This document shows, in pieces, positions 57,628 through 64,000 of a stretch of DNA of 64,000 nucleotides. Location: the NCBI GenBank assembly GCA_964489065.1, contig CAZAXH010000007.1, forward strand, positions 74,672-138,671, read 5' to 3'. The notes under the pieces are model-generated. The model was not told where the DNA came from. It was given only the letters and a program-made list of their open reading frames with translations, and searched no databases. How positions within the stretch are numbered: position 1 is the first letter of the stretch; every line of letters starts with the position of its first letter. The stretch comes from an uncultured Planctomycetales bacterium. Lineage in GTDB: Bacteria; Omnitrophota; Gorgyraeia; Zapsychrales; JANLHA01. A program made the translations under genes and the position numbers.

Positions 57628-58479
57628 ATGAAAAACTTAATAAAAACATTAGCAGTAACGGCATCAATCTTTTTGCTAGCCGCCCTTCCGGCTCAGGCAA
57701 GCGTGATCACAATCCCCAACAGCGCCTTAGTTTCTTCGACGCAATACTATACCGATATCATCGGCGGCGGAATAGGGGACGCGCTCATTATGACCGGCGG
57801 TGGAAATGCTGCCAACGTTGGATATTCCCGTAACGACGACGGCTTTAGCGGCCCGATCGATTTCGGGTATGGCCTTTCTTTTTTTGGCACAACATACACG
57901 CAATTCTACGCTAACAATAACGGCAACATCAGCTTCGGAAATGGCATTTCGGCCTACACTCCAGACGGCCCCCAGGGCGCCACACAGCCGATCATTTCAC
58001 CCTTTTTTGCGGATGTTGATACCCGCAACCTTGCCAGCGGTTTAATGTATTTAAGAAACGATACCCCCAACCAAACCATTATCACCTGGGATCAGGTCGG
58101 ATATTACGGTTCACACGCCGACCTTCTCAACAGCTTCCAACTCGTTGTCCGCGGTCCAGGCTACGACATCCCTTACGGCGAAGGAACCATCGGCTTTTTC
58201 TACAAAACAATGCAATGGGAAACCGGTGATGCCAGCGGCGGATCAAACGGGTTTGGCGGCTATCCGGCAGCCGTTGGTTTCGGCGACGGGTTAAATAACG
58301 GGGAAATTCTTGAAGGGTCCTTACAGAACGGCATTTCAGCGATCGTGAGCAACCACTATATCTGGTTTGACCAAAACCTGCAGCCAATTGTTAACCCGGT
58401 CCCGGAACCGGTCTCATTATTTTTATTCGGCAGCGGTTTATTAGGCGCAGGATTCATCAGACGCAAGATCAACGCGTGA
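57628..58479 (+). CDS. PEP-CTERM-sorted secreted protein with NIDO (nidogen-like) domain
   Basis: Signal peptide; NIDO-like ..FYANNNGNISFG..PFFADVDTR..; C-terminal VPEPVSLFLFGSGLLGAGFIRRK (PEP + TM + basic tail); GGAG RBS. Confidence 0.75.
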   Translation: MKNLIKTLAVTASIFLLAALPAQASVITIPNSALVSSTQYYTDIIGGGIGDALIMTGGGNAANVGYSRNDDGFSGPIDFGYGLSFFGTTYTQFYANNNGNISFGNGISAYTPDGPQGATQPIISPFFADVDTRNLASGLMYLRNDTPNQTIITWDQVGYYGSHADLLNSFQLVVRGPGYDIPYGEGTIGFFYKTMQWETGDASGGSNGFGGYPAAVGFGDGLNNGEILEGSLQNGISAIVSNHYIWFDQNLQPIVNPVPEPVSLFLFGSGLLGAGFIRRKINA

Positions 58480-58505
58480 CATTGATTTCTTATAATACCG
58501 TCTTT

Positions 58506-58546
58506 AACCCCTCTGCGATTATATAATGGCAGAGGGGTTTTCTTTT
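58506..58546 (+). terminator. intrinsic terminator after PEP-CTERM gene
   Basis: AACCCCTCTGC-12 nt loop-GCAGAGGGGTT followed by TTCTTTT. Confidence 0.6.
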
Positions 58547-58574
58547 AGGACTAGAAGGAGGGAAATGCCCAGGA

Positions 58575-59999
58575 CTAAGGGACGAGCAACCCCTTTGTCA
58601 ACCGACTCACTAATACTGGCAGGATAAACGGCAAAGAGCCGGGTGAGGGATAATCCCTAAGGATACGGAATACCCGCTTGGGGTTTAAATAAAATCTCCG
58701 GTGGGCCTGGCGTTGACAGGAAAATAAAATTTCATCCGGGACATCGGACAGATTGCAGTGAATAGTCGCATATTCCATATCATCATAGCGAATCCCCGAA
58801 AGTTTCTCCGGGGTGGCACGCAGAACACGGCGATAGACATCGGTGTTGGGGAATGGGGTTACGGTAAAAAAAGATGTTGTATGCAGAGACGAATGGCAGA
58901 CGACATCAATTGTCTGTCGGATTTCGGATTCTGTTTCGGTGGGGAAACCCATCATGGAATAACCATTGCAGAAGACCCCATACGATACAGCAAGTTCAAC
59001 ATTTTTAAGAAACTTTTCAATATCCAAGTTCTTCCCGATCAGTTTTTGAATCCGCGGAGAACCACTCTCCAGGGAAAAACTACAGAAATAAAGCCCCGCC
59101 TCCACCAATGCGCACAATTCCTCTTCCGTTAATATATCAGTACGAACACCGTTGGGAAAAGAAAGCTTAAGACGAATATTTTTCCTCTTTAATAAATCAC
59201 AAAACTCAAATACCCGGTTATGGTTCAGATTAAAAATGTCATCCAAGAATTCCACGTCATTGATGTCATACATCTTTTGTAGATACTCTATTTCTTCGAT
59301 AATCCGGCCCGCGGAATGGAAACGGAACTTTTGCCCGAAAATACGATGACAGTAAATACAATTATACGGGCACCCCCGGCTACTGAACAAAGAGGCATAC
59401 CGGTTTTTAATGATGGAAGAAAACGATTGATGTTTCCAATAGGCGGGGAGATGAATCAAATCATAAGCCGGGAAAGGAATCGAATCCAAATCTTCTATAT
59501 AAAGCCGTCCTCCGGGGTTAGACACGATTTCTCCCTGGCTGTCCCGCCAAAATACACCCGGAATAGATGATAAATTCCCGTCACCGTCAAAACGGGCCTG
59601 GATGATCTCCTCAAAAGCCCTTTCCCCCTCACCGGGCACAGCCGCGTGGGCCACTGTTTTATGCAACGCCTTTTCCTCAAAAGAGGTCACATAACCCCCT
59701 CCCAGCAGTATCAAGGAACGGGGCAGGGCGGCATGAAGCAACCGCGTGAGATCAGGGAGATTATGGGCAGTCGGGATCATGGCGCTCAAGCCCACAACAT
59801 CAGGGTTACAATCAGCGATGGTCTTAACTAACCGCTGATTGGTGGAATTATCTAGCAACTGATCAATAATCCGCACGCTGGCTTGAAACTTGCTTCGAAG
59901 ATAGGCCCCCAGGTACATAATCCCCAACGGAGGGGAGATGGACTGGGGAACCTGGGCCCGGCGCCCGACATTAACCAAAACTATCTGTAACTTCTTCAT
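58575..59999 (-). CDS. B12-binding (class B) radical SAM enzyme
   Basis: B12-binding N-domain (..VVGLSAMIPTAHN..LGGGYVT..); CPYNCIYC = CxxxCxxC. Confidence 0.8.
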   Translation of the reverse strand: MKKLQIVLVNVGRRAQVPQSISPPLGIMYLGAYLRSKFQASVRIIDQLLDNSTNQRLVKTIADCNPDVVGLSAMIPTAHNLPDLTRLLHAALPRSLILLGGGYVTSFEEKALHKTVAHAAVPGEGERAFEEIIQARFDGDGNLSSIPGVFWRDSQGEIVSNPGGRLYIEDLDSIPFPAYDLIHLPAYWKHQSFSSIIKNRYASLFSSRGCPYNCIYCHRIFGQKFRFHSAGRIIEEIEYLQKMYDINDVEFLDDIFNLNHNRVFEFCDLLKRKNIRLKLSFPNGVRTDILTEEELCALVEAGLYFCSFSLESGSPRIQKLIGKNLDIEKFLKNVELAVSYGVFCNGYSMMGFPTETESEIRQTIDVVCHSSLHTTSFFTVTPFPNTDVYRRVLRATPEKLSGIRYDDMEYATIHCNLSDVPDEILFSCQRQAHRRFYLNPKRVFRILRDYPSPGSLPFILPVLVSRLTKGLLVP

Positions 60000-60027
60000 C
60001 CCGATATAAGCCGCCTCATACCCCGTT

Positions 60028-60435
60028 TTACTTTGTTACCCAGGAACCATCCCCATTTTGAATTTTGACTCCGGGCTGAGCCCGGTCGCGCTGTTCCTGC
60101 GCAAAAACCCTCTCGATCGTGGCTAAGGCGCCGAGCAATCCATTCTGCTGGGCAATCGTCGTATAAATGATTGTGCGATCATGGTTTTCATCCACGACAA
60201 GCTTAAGGACATCTTGTCTCTCGCTAAAAGGCTCCACATACCCGCGGTTGTTCTCTCCCACCAGCCCCGCCTTCTTCAAACTGACAAGTTCCTCATAGCG
60301 GCTCCGCCGGCCATCCAAAGCCGCCTGCACCTCAGGTGTCATCTCTTTGATCGCATATTCTGCCGCCACAGCCGATGACACCCCCACCATCCCGGTAAAA
60401 AATACCGCTAATAGTAGCATCATAGAATATTTCAT
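60028..60435 (-). CDS. YdbL-like periplasmic protein (DUF1318)
   Basis: Trimmed to ATG 60435 (AGGAGG RBS); signal peptide; follows YnbE-like lipoprotein. Confidence 0.45.
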   Translation of the reverse strand: MKYSMMLLLAVFFTGMVGVSSAVAAEYAIKEMTPEVQAALDGRRSRYEELVSLKKAGLVGENNRGYVEPFSERQDVLKLVVDENHDRTIIYTTIAQQNGLLGALATIERVFAQEQRDRAQPGVKIQNGDGSWVTK

Positions 60436-60477
60436 TGTCCCCTCCTGTTTTCCAGACACAAATTACCCCGGCACAAT

Positions 60478-60699
60478 TTAACTTTTAACCGGCAGCTTTT
60501 CTTTAGGCTGTTCTCCGCTCACATAATCTTCAATCGAGGTGGCGGTATTCTGCAAACCTCTGATGTCAATCGTCACGTGAGCGTTTATGGTGATCGGCCG
60601 TTCCGGGTCCCCGACGGCTTTGACAGTGCAGCCTGACAACAAGAGCAAGCTGGCGACAATCCATAAGAGCCTACTCCGGCTCTTTCGCAATTGAATCAT
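60478..60699 (-). CDS. YnbE-like small lipoprotein
   Basis: 73 aa; LLLLSGC lipobox; GAGGAGG RBS. Confidence 0.5.
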   Translation of the reverse strand: MIQLRKSRSRLLWIVASLLLLSGCTVKAVGDPERPITINAHVTIDIRGLQNTATSIEDYVSGEQPKEKLPVKS

Positions 60700-60706
60700 A
60701 TCCTCC

Positions 60707-61753
60707 TCACTTTCCGGGAATGGACTGCAGGAAAATTCGCAATCCTTCGCCGAGTTCGGTGTCCAAATTGACCGTGATTCGCGTGTCTGCCAGGTTGATG
60801 TGCTGGCTCTGTAAATTTATGATCATCCGTAAGGACTGGCTATTGGTCCGTTCAACCTGCATCCTCCCCTCGCTAAAATCCAAATATCCTCCGCTCTTGA
60901 TCAAATCTTCAAGCCTGTTCAAATTTATCCCCGGAGGAAGCGATGATAGCAAGGGGCTTAAAAGGACCGCCTTGAGAGAACCCTCCCTCTTGATCTCAAA
61001 AGAACTGTTCAAAGAACGGATCTTATTCCTGACCCCATCAACAGTCATCTCGCCGTCCAACAACCCCCTCACCTGGGAAAAGACAACCGGGTTAACGGCT
61101 TCTAGCTGTTTGAGATCAACATGGGCGAGCTTAATGCGCAAAGAATAAGCCGAAGCGTATCGGTAATCCAGGGTTATTTTCCCGGCCACGGACCCGCCGT
61201 AAAGCGTCGCTGAAAACGGCTCAAAAACAACCTGCCCCGGATAAATAAAAATCCGGCTTTTCATATCCTGAAGTTCATAAGGGCCGACTTCCAACCGGGC
61301 GCCGGTCATAAGACCCCTGGTATAATCAATAATTGTTTCATGATACAGGAACTTCAGGTCCATGTTGCTCAAACGTCCTGCCGAAGCCAGGATGCTCGCC
61401 CCCAGAATATTCATCCTCATGATTTTGTCTGCTCCCAAAAGAACGGTCAGCCCCTGGATCTCGGCCTGACGGCATCCAATATGATATTCCTCCCCAGACA
61501 ACTTAAAAACCATATCCAAATTATTCAAGACCACGTCCTCCGGGAAACGGTAAATCTTCTCGTCGATTGACAGCCGGATAATCTTAAATTGACATCCCGG
61601 ATACCGGTAAGGCAGCCAGACATTCAGGACAGCCGGACCCAATCGCTCTAAAATCAGCGGCGTTTTAAATAGAAGGACTCCTGTTACCAAGATCAGCAAA
61701 AAGACAACAAGAAATAGTTTTAGTGTTTTTCTAAGCGGCCCTGGTATTGACAT
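60707..61753 (-). CDS. YdbH/AsmA-like membrane-anchored protein (short form)
   Basis: N-terminal TM; positional ydbH-ynbE-ydbL arrangement; 348 aa is much shorter than E. coli YdbH. Confidence 0.35.
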   Translation of the reverse strand: MSIPGPLRKTLKLFLVVFLLILVTGVLLFKTPLILERLGPAVLNVWLPYRYPGCQFKIIRLSIDEKIYRFPEDVVLNNLDMVFKLSGEEYHIGCRQAEIQGLTVLLGADKIMRMNILGASILASAGRLSNMDLKFLYHETIIDYTRGLMTGARLEVGPYELQDMKSRIFIYPGQVVFEPFSATLYGGSVAGKITLDYRYASAYSLRIKLAHVDLKQLEAVNPVVFSQVRGLLDGEMTVDGVRNKIRSLNSSFEIKREGSLKAVLLSPLLSSLPPGINLNRLEDLIKSGGYLDFSEGRMQVERTNSQSLRMIINLQSQHINLADTRITVNLDTELGEGLRIFLQSIPGK

Positions 61754-61939
61754 AATTTCTCCTGACCTTATAAAATGACTTTAAAAACGGTTAATTATAA
61801 CACAACCCTGTTCTCCTGGGCTGTCTTTAAACGGAGATTTTTATTATAATTTTTCCCCAAAAGATATTGTCTTTTATAACTCTATATGATTTAATAAGTT
61901 AATTAATTTATCCATTAACAGCCTACAGGAGGGGCGGCC

Positions 61940-62983
61940 ATGAAATTTAAAATCTTTCTACTTACCAGCGTTCTCTTATTATTCATTCCCGTTTCGGCCG
62001 CCTTTTCCGCTGACGCCGGGGAACCCGGAATCCTCAAGCAAATCATAGCCGATACCGGAGAAAAAATCAGAGGCATCTTCGAAGCGATCCCTAAAATCAC
62101 AAATCATATCATCACATCCCTGGGACGGGATAACCCTGATACGAAATTCGAAATCGCCCAGGAAACATATTACATGCGCTATGAAGAGCCGGACCTCATG
62201 GAGAATGTCGGTATGATGTACGGACTTCATATGGCTGTTTCTTACCGGATCGAGAATCCGGTCCGGTTAAACACCATCAAACAAAACTTCGGAGACGGAC
62301 GGACGTACACGAAGCTTCGGTTGGAAGGCCGGTGGGCCCGAGGAGAGGTGGATTATGACTCTTATTCTACCGGGTCCATTGACGGAATCACGGATGAATC
62401 CACGGAAATCAGAGGCTTGATTTGTTATGAAATTCTCTTTTCGGACCGGACAACGCTCATGCCTTATTCCGGATTCGGGTACCGTTCTTTAACCGACGAC
62501 AACCGGGGGCGTTATTCATCAACCGGGAACTGGGGTTACCTGAGAGAATCCAAGTATTTCTACATCCCCTTCGGGATAGAACTCAGCCATAACCTGAAAG
62601 AACGATGGGTTCTGAGGTTGAAAGGGGAATATGATCTATTTTTGGAAGGGAAACAGGAAAGCCACATGGAAGACGGTGGGGCGACCATGCTCTCCGCGAG
62701 CGACGGGAAATACTATGTTCTGGACACGCTGAAAAACACCCAGGACATGGGTGTGGGCATGCGGGGCTCCATCCGACTGGAAAAAGAGTCAAACCGGTTT
62801 GATTTTTTTATTGAGCCCTACGCGCGCTATTGGCACATTAAGGAGTCGGATCACGTTCAATTAAGCTCCGAGGGAGGCACCGTCCTGTGGTATCTCGACT
62901 CCGGGCTCACGATTCCCTACACAGCCTGGGAACCGGACAATAACACGCTTGAATACGGGCTCCTGATCGGCCTGAACTTTTAA
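61940..62983 (+). CDS. putative outer-membrane beta-barrel protein
   Basis: Signal peptide ...IPVSAAFSA; alternating amphipathic strands; C-terminal ...LIGLNF; GGAGGGG RBS. Confidence 0.45.
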   Translation: MKFKIFLLTSVLLLFIPVSAAFSADAGEPGILKQIIADTGEKIRGIFEAIPKITNHIITSLGRDNPDTKFEIAQETYYMRYEEPDLMENVGMMYGLHMAVSYRIENPVRLNTIKQNFGDGRTYTKLRLEGRWARGEVDYDSYSTGSIDGITDESTEIRGLICYEILFSDRTTLMPYSGFGYRSLTDDNRGRYSSTGNWGYLRESKYFYIPFGIELSHNLKERWVLRLKGEYDLFLEGKQESHMEDGGATMLSASDGKYYVLDTLKNTQDMGVGMRGSIRLEKESNRFDFFIEPYARYWHIKESDHVQLSSEGGTVLWYLDSGLTIPYTAWEPDNNTLEYGLLIGLNF

Positions 62984-63016
62984 AGAATTTCCAGACTGTC
63001 CGGGGAATGAAAGATC

Positions 63017-64000
63017 ATGCGTCACGCCACGTGTTCGGTTTTTATCGCGCGAAAATATTTTGTCAAGCTATTCTGGGTTTTCTTGGGTGTCATCATAATC
63101 CTGCAGCTCTATCCCGTCAAAACCTGCACGTTAACATCCTCTCCCCACCCCTCCCGAAGTTATGAAGAAAGCCTCCGCAGAATCCAGGCGCTGGAAGATG
63201 CTGATTCTCCAGACGTCATTCCAAACGGACGCCTCATATTTTTAGACCAGGGCCGGACAGCACCTCATGTCATTGTATTTTTCCACGGTTTTACCAACAG
63301 CCCCCATCAGTTCCAAACCCTGGGGGAAGAATTCTATAAGCGCGGGTATAATGTCCTGATTCCGCGTATCCCTCATCACGGCTTCCGGGACCGCATGGGA
63401 AAAGAACTCGCCTTTCTTACGGCCGAAGAACTAAAAACGACCTGCGAAGAAGCTGTGGATATCGCCCAGGGACTGGGAACTCATGTCACGGTCGCCGGCC
63501 TCTCTATGGGCGGGGTCATGGCTGGTTGGGCCGCGCAATTCCGTGATGATGTCGACCTGGCGGTTTTGATCGCCCCTAATTTCGGGACCTTTCGCATCCC
63601 CGCCTGGTTTGCAAAACACACGATCAATTTCCTGGCCCTCTGGCCAAACCGTTTTATCTGGTGGGACCGCCGGCTGAAAACGGCCGTCCCCGGTCCGGAA
63701 TCCGCATATTACGGATTCTCATCTAAGGCACTCGGGCAAATCCGGAGGTTAGGATGGGTTGTCCAGGCCCAAGGGCAACTCTCCCCCCCCAAGGCCAGAT
63801 CCGTCCTCCTGATAACGAACGCTCACGATAAAGCCGTTAATAAAAAAAGCATCGCGATTGTCCAGGACAACTGGAAAAGACATCGACCCCGCGCAATCCG
63901 CTTCTATGAATTCCCCGAAGACCTTAAACTCAACCATGATTTGATCGACCCCCAGCAACCCGGCCAAAGGATTCAGCTCATCTATCCCCGGATTCTCAGC
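63017..64000 (+). CDS. alpha/beta-hydrolase fold protein (esterase/lipase-like), 3'-truncated by window end
   Basis: Not in ORF track (no stop); hand-translated open frame; N-terminal TM; HGF oxyanion motif; GLSMGG nucleophile elbow. Confidence 0.55.
   Translation, partial: MRHATCSVFIARKYFVKLFWVFLGVIIILQLYPVKTCTLTSSPHPSRSYEESLRRIQALEDADSPDVIPNGRLIFLDQGRTAPHVIVFFHGFTNSPHQFQTLGEEFYKRGYNVLIPRIPHHGFRDRMGKELAFLTAEELKTTCEEAVDIAQGLGTHVTVAGLSMGGVMAGWAAQFRDDVDLAVLIAPNFGTFRIPAWFAKHTINFLALWPNRFIWWDRRLKTAVPGPESAYYGFSSKALGQIRRLGWVVQAQGQLSPPKARSVLLITNAHDKAVNKKSIAIVQDNWKRHRPRAIRFYEFPEDLKLNHDLIDPQQPGQRIQLIYPRILS

Overview
The window is almost fully coding, mostly on the minus strand, at roughly 50% GC. It looks like an uncultured, envelope-rich bacterial genome; both the taxon call and the GC figure are eyeball estimates, not computed. 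It is dominated by signal-transduction genes: at least nine receiver-domain proteins, one hybrid histidine kinase, a FIST sensor, an ECF sigma/anti-sigma pair and a 13-gene Che-like operon.

Main features:
- Che-like operon (18075 down to 8567, minus strand): CheX-CheY-CheW-CheW-PilZ-CheR-CheB-CheA-CheD-CheC-CheY-CBS-REC. No MCP is present in the window.
- A rubredoxin / flavin oxidoreductase / HypB trio.
- A polyamine operon (speE plus a saccharopine-dehydrogenase-like gene) with an embedded SET-domain gene.
- An ECF sigma / anti-sigma / CHAT-protease operon, and a CorA transporter.
- Four B12-binding (class B) radical SAM enzymes. Two are paralogs with a roughly 200-aa six-TM N-terminal membrane domain. 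Each of these two is convergently paired with a paralogous small polytopic membrane protein.
- Two tandem paralogous genes that each fuse a ParA/MinD (CpaE-like) ATPase to a CpaF/TadA secretion ATPase. No other Tad components are nearby.
- A PEP-CTERM/NIDO protein behind a textbook sigma-54 promoter, a tandem-duplicated Cys-rich (TIGR04076-like) protein, and a ydbH-ynbE-ydbL-like cluster.

No rRNA, tRNA, CRISPR array or obvious transposase was found. Several ORF-track start sites were revised from the sequence using RBS and in-frame start codons; the track renders GTG/TTG starts as M.

The most interesting candidates for an undescribed system are the duplicated membrane-anchored B12 radical SAM plus partner membrane protein cassette, and the tandem ParA-CpaF fusion pair.
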